From NCBI GenBank assembly GCA_016748015.1, contig JAAOMT010000302.1, positions 484,459 through 548,458 of the forward strand: DNA of 64,000 bases, written 5' to 3'. The stretch is from Geosiphon pyriformis uo1 (lineage: Eukaryota; Fungi; Glomeromycota). Under the pieces are notes generated by a model, which was not told the DNA's origin, ran no database searches, and was given only the letters and a program-made list of their open reading frames with translations. The translations under genes were made by a program, and so were the position numbers. Below, piece after piece: positions 10,962 to 25,200 of the stretch (position 1 is its first letter; every line of letters begins with the position of its first letter).

Positions 10962-13900
10962 TTGAATAGGTTTTTTTTCAACTTTAGCTTTTGTATACAT
11001 TGCTGTAATTGCTTTTTGTTTATTGACTGCTATATTGCTAAGCAAAAAAGGTAATTTATTTGCTTCAAATTCAAATGGAAATATATTTGAGAGGTTGCCA
11101 TTTTGAGCAATTTGGGCTGGAGGAATAGTATTGTTGGAAGAGTTTGATCTTGGTACTGTAATTTCATCTTTAAAAAGTGCAATTTGTTGAAAATTTGATT
11201 CTTTAGGCATTGTAAGATAACTGGGTTGAGTGTAGTAGTGATTAGGTCTTTGCTGACCAGAATTTATGAGAACCAATTGGTTGTTTGGATCGATTCTGTT
11301 GTTATTATTCTGAAATTGATTTTGAGATGTGAATTAATTATGTTGAACCAATTTTTGGACTGGTACTTAATATTGTTGTATAAGTGGTTGATATTGTTAA
11401 ATTGGTAGAGGTTGTTAATATTGTTGTTATAAAACAGATTGATAATAATTGGTTTGCTGTTAGAATCTTGAGGAATAGTAAACTGGTAGTGGAAGCTGAT
11501 AATGAGATTGCTGTGTTGAAAAGTAATATTGATTACTCCTATTTTGTTGGTTTCTTTGTAGCTTTTTGCAATCTCATTTCCAATGGTCTGGAATTCCACA
11601 ATAGTGACAACTTTGGTTTTGGTTGTTTGTTGATGATGAGTAGTTGTTTTGGTTTTATTGCTGTGATAACTGATATCTTTGTGATTGTTGCTATTGTTGT
11701 TGGTTGGTAAAATAGTTTTCAACCTTTCTTATAAGTTGGTTAATTTTTTCTTCAGCTGCTGAGCTGGTTTCTTTAATAGCAAGATTTACAAGTTTGGTAT
11801 AGTTTGCTTCTTTTATTGCTGTTTCATAGTTCTTTATATGTCTAATGGCTGTTGCTAAGTCTTCTGAGACATGTGAGTAAACTTTCTTGATTAACTTGTC
11901 TTTTAATTTCTGCTATAAACTAATCCAAAATCTGGGCATTGAAATAGTATTCATTGGTTTCTAATTGTCAAATTTGTCATAAAAGTTTGTTGAATCTCCC
12001 AAGATAGGTTATGATAGTTTTAAATGTTTCTTGTTTAATATTGTGAAAGCAATTGTGGAGAGTAATAGAGGTGTTGTTGTTGGTAAATTGTTATAAGAAA
12101 GCATTTTTAAATGCTTGTCAGTTTTTAAATAGTTCTTCTAAGTTTTCAAACTATTCTTCTGCAGTTCTTTGAAGAAAGTATGAGATTGCTTTGAACATTC
12201 TTGTTGTATTCTATCTATTTACATCTCCTGCTTTTTGAACTTTGTCAAGTTATTTTTAAGGACTGTTATTATTATCTTTACCAGTAAATTCTGGAATTTT
12301 TGCAATATAAACAGTTGCCATTTTTTCTTTGTTTTTTGTAGTTTCTTCTTGTTCTGATTCAATTTCTTTACTTTCTAAGTTCTTTGACTGATTTCTTTCG
12401 TTTTTTTGCAAGTAATTAATGATATTAGTACTGGTTGATATTAGTTCCTGCTATTAAGTAGAACTTTTAAATGACTGAAAATCTTCTGGTCTGGAGAAAC
12501 GAATAAGTAGTAAACTTAGTGTTTGTGGTTGAGCAAGTGAAATTGAAAATAGTATAATAGAAAGTGGTAATTTAACATTGGTTCTTTGTTCAGGTGTTTG
12601 CAAGTATTTGGCAGTTGTCTTTGGTATTATTGGAGTGTTTGGAGTGGTTCTTGAGTATTGTTTCACTTTTTGTTTGTCTTTGTTGCTTGTTTTGGTTTCT
12701 AATTCAAAGTCAATAGAGTATTTAGAATGTACTGAGTATTTTTCTTCACAATACTAAATAATGCTAAAGTTAAGTTCTTGGAAGTAAGTGACAAGTGTTT
12801 CATTGTTAAGGTCTTCAGTTCTCAATTGTAAATAGTGCAATAAATTATTGTAGAGATTGTTTCTAACTTCTGAAATGTTGTAGTTTCCAAAAAGATAATT
12901 GTTAATGCAGTTTTCAATGTATTGGTATACTGATTTCTTGACAACTTCAATTCCGTCTGGGATATTGAATCTTTGTTTGTAGTGGGTGTAAATTAACTGA
13001 TAATACTCTAGAGTTGTTGTGTCTAGTGTGGTCATTACTTTAAAGTTGTTATTGCTGTGTTATTTCTGTGAGAGAGCACCAAATGTTACTGGAGATTTTT
13101 GGTTTTTTTTCTTGAATGTTGTTAATGTTGATTTGCTGTGAATTCATATTTTCAAGAAGTAGTTGGACCTCCAATAACTGAATTTAGCTTCAAATTATCT
13201 TTTATAATTTGAACTACTGGGCTTATAAGTAAAATAGCCAATTTCATGTCAGTTATTTTGTATAGTTACATTGTATTAAACATCAACTCTTTTCCAGAAA
13301 TTGTTTGTCTAGAAGCTTACTAAAATTGTGTAGTTACTTTGCTGTGAAAATCAACTCTTCTATAGAAATCTTGTCTGTAGGCTACCCTAATGATTATAAT
13401 AAGAAAAATAAAAATAAAAATAAAAAAAATGAAATTCTAACAAAAGAAACGTTTTCTATTTAGGCCTGGAGTTACTAACAAATTACTGAAATTAGTAGTT
13501 AATCAATTTCAAAATATTAGTTGTGTTGAGAGATTTCAAGTGTAATAATTAAAGAATTTGGTTTTTCGAATATTTAATTTTTATTTAATATATATAAAAG
13601 ATAATTTGTTCTAATTAAAATATCTAAAATAAGATACAATGATAAGATACTATAAGAAGATACTATGAGAAAATACATTTTCTTGAAGAGAGAAGCTTTT
13701 CTTTTATACAACTTGTTATAATACTAGTTTTTGAATTTGCACTTTTCTCTTTGCTACAATTTTGGTAAACTAAAGATACATTTTAGCAAACTACAAGTTA
13801 TTTTACTGAACTATTAATTATTTCAGCCAATTTTCATTGATTTCGACAAATTTTGATTATATTAAATGGTTTAGGGTATTGTGTAATTTGATTATCTTAA

Positions 13901-14059
13901 TTTTTATAGTACAAATTGAATTATTGATTGAGTAATAATATTTGATAATTTGATTAAATAATAAGTGATAATTAAAATAATAATAATATATGCTAATTAA
14001 TAATAAGAATTATGAGAGTAATTTCATGCTAATTAATAGCTAAAATTCTACTGGTAACA
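10962..14059 (-). mobile_element. Truncated sister Gypsy copy (5' LTR, PBS, gag, start of protease)
   Basis: 10962-13083 is colinear with 7946-9988 and stops at KKPIQ, just before the protease active site, where the 9989-10961 LTR begins. Confidence 0.9.
13084..14059 (-). repeat. LTR (third copy)
   Basis: TGTTACTGG...CTACTGGTAACA. Confidence 0.92.
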
Positions 14060-15246
14060 TTGGGTTGTGGTTATTAAAGAAATTTCTATGGACATGCCAA
14101 AAGAAATGATTGTTGCTACAGTATCCGAATTTGGTGAAATTAAGTCAATCAAAATTCAGTTAATTGGAATGTAATAGAAGACTGTAGTGGAATTCACCAA
14201 ATTAGGTCAGGCTAAACAGTTGGCTGCTAAATAATTCTTCTTGATTGGTAAAAATTCAGTGCATGTGACTATGACTGTAAAAGATCACAATACCTGGACA
14301 TTAAGAAATCAGTTTAGAACTTTTTTATTTACTTTGTCTGTAAGAACAACTGCTTATAATTTGGGCACTTTTTTAAATGGAGTTGGTAATAAAACATGCA
14401 TTATCAATTGCTCATTTAATACTGGCAACCAGATTTGCTGTGCTGTGATTAGTTTTAAATCTGATAAGAATTTGGATTTTGCATATTGTATTAAGCCAAT
14501 ATTTGGTAACATTAAACTTTTTTGGGCTAAGTTGAATTTGATTTATTGTAAGAAGTGTGAGCATTTTGGTCATTCTGCTTTGAAGTGTGATATGCCAACT
14601 ACATCCATCTCTAAGTCTTCAAAAACCTTTAAAAGAATTATTTCAAAAGTACACTGTTTTCAGTTGACAAAACTGTATACAAAGAAGAGTGTTCCTATCT
14701 CCTGTTTTGCTGTCTTTGGTAACAAGTCTTGGACACAAATAGTTTTTCTTGCTTCTTCTTCTGGTGGTTTCCATTTTAGTTTCAGTTCTGGGTCTGGTTT
14801 TTCTCTTCTTGGTGCTTCATATGACAAAAAAAGCACTCTGGTTACTTAAAATGGTTCTTCAATTGGTGATTGTCTGGCTTCACTAAAATGCTCTTTGGAA
14901 TTGCTGGCTGATCAAATATTAGGTATTGTGCACAAATTAAATGGTATGGAGCTGGTGCCTCTGGTATCTGTCTTTCAAGTTAAACTTCTGGTTGTTTCTG
15001 CTCTTATGTTGTCAACGTCAGATACTAATATGGTTTTGGATGTTCTATGGCTATTTTTTCTTTTTTTATCTCTTCTGTAATAAAAGACAAGGTGGTGGAT
15101 TTGGATCTAAATAGTTCAAAAGTTCTTATTTCTAAGATTGGCAGTTTGGAATTCAAGATGGTGGCTTTTGAAGTTTCTATTGGCTCAATTTTGGAGAAGT
15201 TAAATCTGTTGTATGTGAATTTGGATTTTTTAATACATTATTTTTC

Positions 15247-18200
15247 TCAATAAATAAGCTTATTTAGAAGATAGCTACATGTAATATTAAGGGTATGACA
15301 AATTTGGCTAAGCAAAAAAACATTGTTTGTTGACATAAAAAATTGGGTAATATGGTTTCTATTGTTATTGAGACAAAATTAAGGTCTAATATTAAGCTCT
15401 GTATTATGAATAAGTTTGATGGAATCCAGGTTTTTACTGCTAATTTGGATATGAATTTTTGTGATGCTGGTATTACTATAATCATGGATAATTTTTTGGC
15501 TTGACATGTATTAAAAGTTGAGAAAATTTCTGGTCATTTGATTTCTGTGTGCTTTCTGTTTAAAAACAAGCTTTTAATTATGATTTTAAGTCTCTACACT
15601 AGTGCTTTAATTGGTATACACTTTGGTCAAGCTGCTAATATCAACTTTATGGTTTCTAAAGCTGTCAATTCTAGTTTTTTCATGATTTTGGGTAGTAACT
15701 TTAATGAAAATGAATTTAAGAGGAATACAAGTTTCAAGTTCTGCTTGAGTTTGGGCCTAATTAACACTTTTGATGGACATTCATTGATCAAAGCTTCTAC
15801 TTGGAGCAATTTTAGGGGTGTTGAAAGGGTGATCAATTTTATTTTTATAAATGAGAATTTGGTGTCTGCAATTACATTGCATAAAGTCAATGATGTGTCA
15901 GAATTTTTCAATACAGATTACAAATCAGTTTTGGTTTTAATCAGTTTAAATGAACTCTTGGATGCTCATCTTATCAGCACTTGCAAACAAGCTAACCAAG
16001 ACCAGTTGAAGTTCAAATTAAGAGATACAGATGACATTCAATGATTAGACTTTAAAGACCATTTTTCTGCTGAGTTGTTAATTAAGTCAGACATGTTTAA
16101 GAGTACAAAAAACAATAATAACTTAAATATGATGTGAAGAATGCTGAAAAAAGCTGTAATACAAGCTGCTAATATGGTGTTCACTAAAATTTGGTATAGT
16201 AAGTATGATTGCTTAAGGAATAAACAGTCTTCGAAATTCTTCAAATTAGAGCTGTTTATCACTAAGATTGTAAAATATTAGAATTCTAGTGATTTTTTAA
16301 ACTTTGACTGTCTTGTAAAAGTCTGGTCAGATATTGATAAAGTCGAAGCATCTGTAATTATTGACTTGGTGTTGGATGGTGCAAGCTCAATAGATCTAAT
16401 TAAGCATTTGTTGGTAGTAAGAAAAAAGTACAGGAAATCTAAGTATTATAAGTCTAAGATTACTAAAAATATGGCCATTAGAAAGATAATTGATTATCAT
16501 ATAGAAAATTTCTGTTTTAACAAAGGGCAGATGATAAAAAGCATCTTGAAATGTTCATTTTGTAAAGTGGTTTTAGATTACTTGATGGTAAATAATGTAT
16601 TAATGATTGAGCTTAATAAAATTATAGAAGAGTGAACAAGAAAACATTCAGTACTTCCAAAAATACCTGACTTTTAGTCTTAACAATATATGCCTCTAGA
16701 TTATGTGGATGGTAATGCTTTCTTCAGTGTAATAAAAGAGATTGATATGGCAGAATTGTCTTTAATTATTAATGGTTTGCCAAATAATAAAGCAGCTGGG
16801 TTATCTGAAATACCTAACAAACTTTGGAAACATTGTGGTGAAGAAATATTGACTTGTTTTTTGAAGCTGCTGAATTTGTGTTTAAGTTTGAACATGGTTT
16901 CAGCTGCTTAAAAAAGAGCATGAATTTCAATAATTCTAAAACCTTATGAATGGAATAGTGTCTTGATGAATACTAGACTTATTATATTAGTCGATACTAC
17001 ATATAAAATTTTATCTAAGATTCTTTCTGACCAAATATCTTTGGCTTATAGCAAGTTTGACATTCTTTATGATAATAATTTTTTGGTGTTGAAAAGTACT
17101 TTTATCTAGTCTTCTATTTTTGCAATTGGATCTGTTGTTAAAAATGCCTTAGAAAAGAATAAAAAACTTTGGTTAATCTTACAAAATATGTGCAAAGCTT
17201 ATAATTCAGTAGGCTGGTATTATTTGAGAACAAGCTTACATCATATCAAAATATGTAAGCAGTTTATTCAGTTTTTTGACAACATTCACAAAAATAAAAT
17301 TAACAGAGTAATGATTAACTTTGGGTTCTTAAAAAGTTATAAGTTATATGATGGGTTGGATCAAGGGGAGATCTTTTCTCCACTCCTTTAAAGGATTTTT
17401 TATGATCCATTTTTGTGTAAAATAAAAAGACATAAACACTTGTGCAGATACAGAATAAATATTAAGTTTGTGGCAAAGTCTAACAAGATTAAGACAGTTG
17501 GAGGAAAAACTTTTTTTTTGGCTGCTGGTGCCTTTGTAGATGACACAATTTGGATTATAAGCTGTCAGGCTTTTGTGCAGTATATTTTGAACATTGCTAG
17601 TGAGTTTTTTGAGATCAATGGCATCTCAATTAATAATGATAAAACAGTGGCTATTCTCATCAATTAAGGAGTTAAGAATGCTTCACTGTTAATCAATGGC
17701 TTGCCAATTTTGATTGCTAAAAGAGATAAGTCACACTAATATTTAGATATCTTCTTGTCAACTAAAGGTCTTTCCAAACCCAGTTTGGCTTAAGCTTATG
17801 TAGACATCAGGTTTTTTTTTAATGTGATGTTAAAGAAGACTATTACAGATAAACAATTCTGTTACTTGGTTTCAGCAGTTTTGTAACTAATTATTAGCTA
17901 TTGTACACAGTTTAGTTTTGTTTTTTTGGGTGTGTGTCATAAGTAGAATGTGATGATTAAAAAGGATCTTAGAGCCAAGACTAGTTTACTATGTGACTTC
18001 CCCAATAAGATTTTGCATCATCCATTTTTGTATGGTTTGAAGCCCTTTGAGCAAGTGCAGTCTGAAGAAAAAATTGCTTTACTAATTTCATTTTCTAATG
18101 GCTGTGGTATTCTTGGACATTTGTTTAATCATAACTTTTTGGATTGGTCCTCTTTGAATCCCCTACAATTTTTTGTCAGGTTATATATTAGTTCTGTAAA

Positions 18201-19901
18201 CAATTTTTTGGTGAGAGTAGTGAAAATTTTTTTGGTGAATAAGTTGTTATTGGTGAATAATCTGCTTTGTGCTTTCCATAAGTCTGGTGTTTTTTTAATG
18301 TCTAGTATTTTGGATCAGTTCTTGTATTACAAATCTGTTTTTTCATTGAGATGGTTTAGTGTTGCATTTGGTGACAGACTTTTTGACAAGAAGAGAAAGA
18401 TGATAGACTGGAAAACATTTCAGTATTGGCAGTGGTTAGATCTAAGAGACCCTGTGCCTTACTGGTTTATGTTGGCATCTGATTTTATGAACAATTCTGT
18501 TTTTTTGGAAGTCAGAACTGCTGCTGTTCTTGGAAAAGATGAGCTAAATGTTTTGGATTCTGAAAAGTTTGCTGTTATTTGTGATAGCTTGTTGAAAATG
18601 CAGTCTAATTGCATTAAGATCTATATGGATAAGTTTTTAAAAGATACTAGTTCCAGTAAGGTGACAGGTGGAGCAGCTGTGTACTTTCCAGCTGCAAACA
18701 TGAGTATTGGGATTAGGGTAGCTGGGCTTTTGTCCTTTACTTTGACTGAACTGCATGCTGTGGCTTTGGCTTTGGAGTATGTTCTATTTTTATGCTCTGT
18801 AGTTCTGCATTCAGATAACCAATCTGCAATAGATGCCTGTGTGTTCGAGATCTTTTTTACTGTGCTTGACTTCCATAACCAATGTTAAATCAAACAATTA
18901 CAAATAGTTAATCTTCTTAAGAATAAAAACATTTCAATAAAATGAGTAAAAATTAAAGGCCATTCAAGTATATCTGGCAATATTAAGACTAATGCATTGG
19001 TTAATAAAACTACTTTTTCATCTTTATCTTTGCTGGTTAAAATTTGGAAGAGGTTTTTGATTGTTAAAAAAACTGTTGTATCTGACAATACTTGTTATTT
19101 TGTTTGCAACACTGATCAATTTGCTATGTCTATTGGGAGACTGGTTCTGGTTTTAATATAATTTCAAGTGTTATAATTAAGAAGATAGATTGGAGGACTA
19201 CTGCAATAATTTGGCACTCTAATTCATATATGCTTTTTGAATTTACTAACAGAAAGTCAACCAATTTACATACATATTTAATAAAGGCAGTTTATAGACA
19301 ACTACTAGTTGCAGTTAGAAAAAAATTGTATAACAGAAATTATCCTGGGATGTTATGCTTGCTGTATAGTAAGATAGAATTATTTGATCATGTTTTTACT
19401 TGTTCTAGTAACTCTGATCTCTGTAAGAACATTTTGGTTGAGGCTATTAAGAAATAAATATCATTGTCTGGTTGTTCATGTTCATCTAATTCTGTCATTT
19501 TACATTTACTAGTGACATATTTTTTGAATATAAGTCTGTATACAGTTGTTTGCAAAGGTTTTGTGATAAGAAATTGGTATGCTGAAGCTGTTTTGGTTTT
19601 TGAGAAAAAGAATAAGACTGCTTTGGCCTTTGTAGAATACATTAGGTTAGTGGTGGAGTTGTATTGCACTAAAGTGTAGATTGTTAAGACCAAACATAAG
19701 ATAGATATAGAGAAAATTAGTTTGATTGGGAATACTAGTGTAATTTTAGACTTGTTTCACTATGTAATATTTATGTTGTCAGTCAGAGTTGTTTGTATGC
19801 TTAGCATTATGGAATTTTTTGCTATTAGGTTTGGTAGATGCAATTTGTGTTATTTTTTTTCTGATTTAAGTAGTAATGCTTTTATTAGTATAAACATGTA
19901 G
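15247..19901 (+). pseudogene. LINE1 ORF2 (APE endonuclease, RT, RNase H, C-terminal Cys motif)
   Basis: Fragments 15538-19679 in the ORF track; many stops. Confidence 0.88.
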
Positions 19902-19910
19902 TGTTGTCTT

Positions 19911-20015
19911 GTCCAGTTTAAGTGGTTGGTCACATGTAGTCAGTGTATAAGCTGCATTTAGTTTAATCTACTTAATTTGGTTTTATGTATTAGATAGTAG
20001 TTAAAGTTTACTCAT
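19911..20015 (+). ncRNA. Predicted structured 3' UTR (LINE1 copy)
   Basis: GTCCAGTT-TAAGT-GGTTGGTC; CATGT-N7-GTATA; AGCTGCATTTAGT/ATTAGATAGTAGTT; terminal ACTCA. Confidence 0.5.
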
Positions 20016-20589
20016 AAAACTTGTAATAAAAAATTTTTTATTAGATTTAAGTCAAGATTATTAAATAATTTTCTTAATAATTTAGTTGTATTTTTAGCAA
20101 TATATATTTTGGCAAACTTGCTAATATGCTTAAAATTATTATTTTATTAAAATTGTTAATTATCTTTTAGTATTACTTAATTTTTTTTTGTAAAAACTTT
20201 TTTATGTAAAAATTTTTGTTTAATCTTTAAATATAAGACAAATTAATTAAATACTTTTATGTCAATATTTTATTGTATTTTAAAAAAGTTAAAAAGATGT
20301 TTTATTAATAAAAATATTTTTTTTAATTATTATTTAGATGTTTTTGGTCTATTTTATATGTTTTTATTTATATTTTTTAGTTAATATTGAAGTTGTTTTA
20401 GAAAAACTTTTTTTATAATCAAAATTAAATAAATATTTTTAAATAATAATATAAGAAATATTTATTCTTTTTTTAGCTAACTTTATTGTTAAATATTTAA
20501 ACAAAATTGAAAAATTTTACAAATAATCTGTTTTAATACTTTTAAAGTATTTTTTATAATTTTTTTTGGCTGATTATTATTATTTATAT

Positions 20590-21514
20590 TGTTATTAAAG
20601 ATTTTTTTACCTTTTTTTTTGATGTTGTTAATGTTATTTTGTTGTTAATTCTGCTGTTAATAAAAGTTGGTAAATTTTTAATAAGCTAATTTTTTTTCAA
20701 AGTATTTTTCTATATTTTAAACTATATATACTGTTAGATTTATAATAAAATAACCAATTTTATACCAAATATTTTGTATAATTACTTTGTAGTAAAAGTT
20801 AATTCTTTTATAAAAAAATTTTATTTGTAAATTTTTTAAATAATATGTAGTTATTTTGTAATAAAAAGTAATTTTTTTACAAAAAATTTCAACTATAAAC
20901 TACTTAATAATATAAAAAAAATAAAAAATGTGTTTAAGAAAATTATTTTGAATTCAAATCTAAAAATCATTAACAGTTTACTGAAATTAATAGTTAATTA
21001 ATTTTAAAATATTAGTATAAAATAATTAATTTTAAGATAATAATATTTAAAAAATTGATTTGTAAAATAATTTTTTTTATATTAATTTATAGTAAAAAAT
21101 AAATAAAATTTTTTTTTTAAAAAAAGTTCTTTTTATACAACTTATTAAAATTTTATTTTATAATTCAACATTTTTTTTTTCTAATATTTTAATAGATTAA
21201 AAATATATTTTATTAAATTATAAGTTATTTCTACAAATCATAAATTATTTTAGTAAATTGTTGAATATTTTGTCAAATTTCTAAATATTTTAACAAAATT
21301 TTAAATATTATATAATTTAAGATATTATATGTTCTAATTATTGTAATTTAGTTATATTTGTGTTTTTTATAAACTAAGTTATTAATTAAATAATAATTCA
21401 GATAATTTAATAAGATAATAAGTAATAATTTAAAATAATAATATATACTATTAAATAATAAGAATTATAAAAATAATTTTATGTTAAATAATAACATAAA
21501 TTTTTGCTAATAAT
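20590..21514 (-). repeat. Extremely decayed solo LTR related to the Gypsy LTR
   Basis: TAAAATAACCAATT, TTACTGAAATTAATAGTTAAT, TTTTATACAACTT and TAATAAGAATTATAA..TAATTTTATG occur in the same order as in LTR 1136-2124. Confidence 0.7.
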
Positions 21515-21554
21515 AATAGTTTTAAATATATATATAAATCATTTTTTTATAAAA

Positions 21555-22155
21555 CTATAAATACTACTAAATTTTTATAATATTATTTAAAAAATTTTTA
21601 TTAAACAATATATATTACAATAAAAAAATATTATAAGAAAAACAAAATAGTTAAAAAAATTATAGATTAATTTAAAAATGTTTTAACAAATAAAATTGTT
21701 ATTTTTTTATAATTTTTTGGCCAATTTAACTAAAAAACTGTATTTAAATTATTATTTTTATTAAAAATTTGATATTTAGATACATTAAACACAATTTTTT
21801 TATTTTATATATATGATTTATAATTATTTAACAATTTAAAAATACTTTTATATATGTTTTTTTTGCAAATAAAAATATAATTGCAAATATAAAATTTTAT
21901 TTAGTACTTAAAACTATAAAAGCAGCTTAGTATTTTTAATTATAAATACAAAAATTATTGGAAAAAAAATTAGTTAATAATATAACATAATTTTTAATAA
22001 TTAAATCTAAATATGTTTATAAATTTTAAATCAAATATCAAACTTGTTGTTTAAGTTTAAATTTAAAATTTAGCCAAAATTTTTGTTGAAATTTAATTCA
22101 ATTTTATGATTTTATCAAATTTAAATTAAATTAAACTAAATATTAAAATTTTAAT
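21555..22155 (+). repeat. AT-rich MITE/TIR-like repeat, inverted partner of 31590-32362
   Basis: Long reverse-complement match, e.g. TTTTTTGGCCAATTTAA..AAAACTGTATTTAAATTATTATTTTTATTAAAAATTT and AATATAATTGCAAATATAAAATTTTATTTA. Confidence 0.8.
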
Positions 22156-23372
22156 TATAAAATTCATAAAATTTTCTTAAATTAATATTTAAAAACCAAA
22201 TATTTGATTTATAATAAACTATCATATTATACATAAAATTAACAACATTTATAATTGTTTCTAAATTTTTATTAAATATTTAAAAATTTTTTAATAATAG
22301 CTATATATAAATAACTATTAAATTTTATATTATGTAATAATTAAATAATTAAAAAGTTTATAATTAATTAGCAAAATAAATCTTTTTATTTAATATGAAT
22401 ATTAATAATAACAATATTTTTAACAATAAAATTAAATATATATATAAAAATATAATTGAAATTTTTTAACAAATTATAACATATAATACTTAGATATAAA
22501 GTATTATATGTCTTTTTTTTAATATAATTAATAATTTTTTATATAAAGCTTTTATAAAATAAAAACATAAAATAATAAAGATTAATTTAGTTAATTTAAT
22601 ATATATATGTTTATTTAAGTATTATACTATAATTGTATATAGCAGATTAAAATCACAAATCAAAAATTTATTTACAAATTTTCAAGTATATTTATATTTT
22701 TAATCAATATAATTAACAGAATTAAATAATTTTTTTATAAAATACCAAGTATTTTTAGAAACAAATTGGTTATTAGCAATTAAATATTACTTATTAATAT
22801 TAAAAAACAAGACAAAATACAAGTTTACAAAAATATTTGCAATTATATTTGTGTAATTATTATTTATATTACTAAAATAACTTTTAACTTTATTTTATTT
22901 TTTGTAATTATTAAAAACTTTTTACAAATAAATTAAATAAACTTTAAATACATGTTATTACAAATTAAAAATAATAATTTTTAATACCAAAAATTACAAT
23001 ATATATTATAAAATTAGTATTAAAATTATATAAAAAAAAATTTTATTATCAAATTTTATTTAATAATATAAATTAACAACAAAAAAATAAAAAACTAATA
23101 ATTAGTTTAATTATATAATCTAATTAAAAATCTAAATTAAATATAAAAAATTTTATTAAATTAAAAAACATTAATAATTATTCTATATAATTTAATAATA
23201 ATAGATTTTATTATATTTTAATATTTTTATATATTTTAGTAAATAATAAACTAAAATTGTTAAAAAACTTCTTTTTTTTATTCATTTTAAATTCCCAAAA
23301 AAAAGCCAAATATTTTTCTGAAAAAAGTTTTTTATCATTTAGCATACTAAATTCAAACCATTTTTGCTTGAT

Positions 23373-25200
23373 TATGAGACTACTGTTGGTCTTAGTATTG
23401 CTGTTCTGAACAAGTCTATCATGGAACCCAGTTTTAACATCAGTGTTAAGTCAGCTGAACCTAGGAAAAAGAGAAGAGATGGTGCTTTGGAGAATAATAT
23501 TTAATTGGAAATTCACTACTGCTAAGGTGTCAAATGGTCATTCTTGGAGTTCTGAGACTGGAGATATCACTGAGCCTAATAGTGTAAACATAGAGAAGGA
23601 ATGTTTGGTTGAAGAAACCAGCTTTGATTATGGAGATAGTAAAGCTTTCATTGGAGAGGATTTGGAACAAACACCTAAAAGTTTAAAAACTATTACCAAA
23701 AGAGTGCTGGGCAAGCTGCTGGGAAAAATTAACTTCTTGGGTAATGGTAATGATGACATACTGTTAAACAAACCTATGGTTTTCCCTCCACTTTTGAAAA
23801 ACTTGGTCAATGTTTCTGTTAGGAAATTTTTTGCTTTGGACATCAGTTTAGACAATGTTATTGAGAAATCTGCTCAAAAAAAACTTGTGGTAATCAAAAA
23901 GTTATTTTCTAAGATCAATGGTTTTGGGGGGGCCTTTACCCCCTCAAAATTTGCTGAGATCATTAGAGCAACATTCACTTCTGAATTGAGTTTGGCATAG
24001 GCTTCAAAAAAGGCTGAAGAAGCTAAGATCTTGGTAAACACCAATCTGAAAAAATCATCTGGACGTTCAAATTAAGCTGTAATGTTGAAGAAAATTCCAA
24101 TTGGAACATCAACAAAGGCTGTGTGCACTGCACTATCTAAGTTCAGATTAATTAAGTCAATTAAAATGCAGTTGGTAGGACTGTGGCAGAAAGCAGTGGT
24201 TGAATTTGAACAGATTGATTATGCTGATTTGGTTGCAGCAAAGTGGTTTATTCTGATTGGGAAAGATGCAGTGTGTGTTGTTAGATCCGACATGGACAAA
24301 GAATCATGAGATGCATAAGATGTTTACAAAGCCCTTTTGTACACTCTGCCAATAGGAACCAACACACATGATATTTGAAATTATGTTGCTTCAGTAGGTG
24401 GGAAAACTTGTGTAATTGACCATTACCTGGTTTCTTATGCCCAGGCCAGATGTGCTACTGTTTGCTTTGATACTGCTAAGTCATTGGATACTGTTATAAA
24501 TACCACACCTGTTCTAAAAGGGTTCAATCTACATTGGTCTCATCTTGTTTTGGCCAAGTGTATGGGGTGTGAGAAATTGGGCCATACATTTTTGGTCTGT
24601 TCTGTTGGTGAGAAAAAGATTGTCTTTTCTGGTGCTTCTTCATGGAAAACTCTTTCGGACTTGGATAAAAGTAGGCTGGCTGCCATATATGCCAAATGCT
24701 CAGTTCCTGTTGCTTGTTCTGTCTCTTTTGGTAGTGTCTTATGGGCTCAGATTGCTGGTGGGTCTTTTTTCCCCCCCCTTCCTGCTCAGAATAGTTTGTT
24801 CAAAGCTGGCTCTTCTTCAGAGATGAAACATATCCCACTGGTATCTTTGGAATTGAATGATAGGTTTGCCGCTCTTGAGCGCAGTCTCGCCAGCCTTGCA
24901 GAGCATGTTGATATACTGGCTAAGAGGTTGGAAACACCTGAGCCAATGGTTTCTCAGCTTAGCCCTGGACATCAGTTGTTGGTGACTTCTTCATCACAGA
25001 ATCAAGGGGTAGATATAGTGATGAGTAAGGGTTTGGGTGTGGTCACTGGTGGTGAGACTGTTGTGAGAGTGGTGGTCTTTAATCTTGCTGTTATCTCAAA
25101 AATGGAGGAAACATTGAACAATCTTTCAATTGCAGTTATGAGCCTTTTGGCTAAGATAGACAATGCTAATTCAGTTTCTACTTCTCTTTTTTCTCAATGA
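23373..25200 (+). pseudogene. LINE2 ORF1 (RRM-like region, CCHC knuckle, coiled coil)
   Basis: GFGGAFTPSKF, LSKF.LIKSIKMQLVGLWQKAVVEF, CMGCEKLGHTFLVC, RFAALERSLASLAE. Confidence 0.85.

Larger units (their letters stand above)
14060..20019 (+). mobile_element. LINE copy 1 (APE-RT-RNase H), 5' part of ORF1 missing
   Basis: ORF1 remnant 14060-15250 (CKKCEHFGHSALKC). ORF2 15247-19901 with ATCNIKG, ETKL, GAFVDDT, IYMDK (YTDGS), ELHAV, KIKGHS. 3' UTR ends ACTCATAAAA. Confidence 0.92.

Noticed and set aside
1132-14063. CTGG/TTGG as a 4-bp TSD of the composite element
   Set aside because: The two flanks belong to different elements and cannot be one pre-insertion site.
20020-23260. Centromere or organelle-derived insert
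   Set aside because: Contains recognisable eroded LTR and MITE-like copies; no satellite periodicity or organellar genes.
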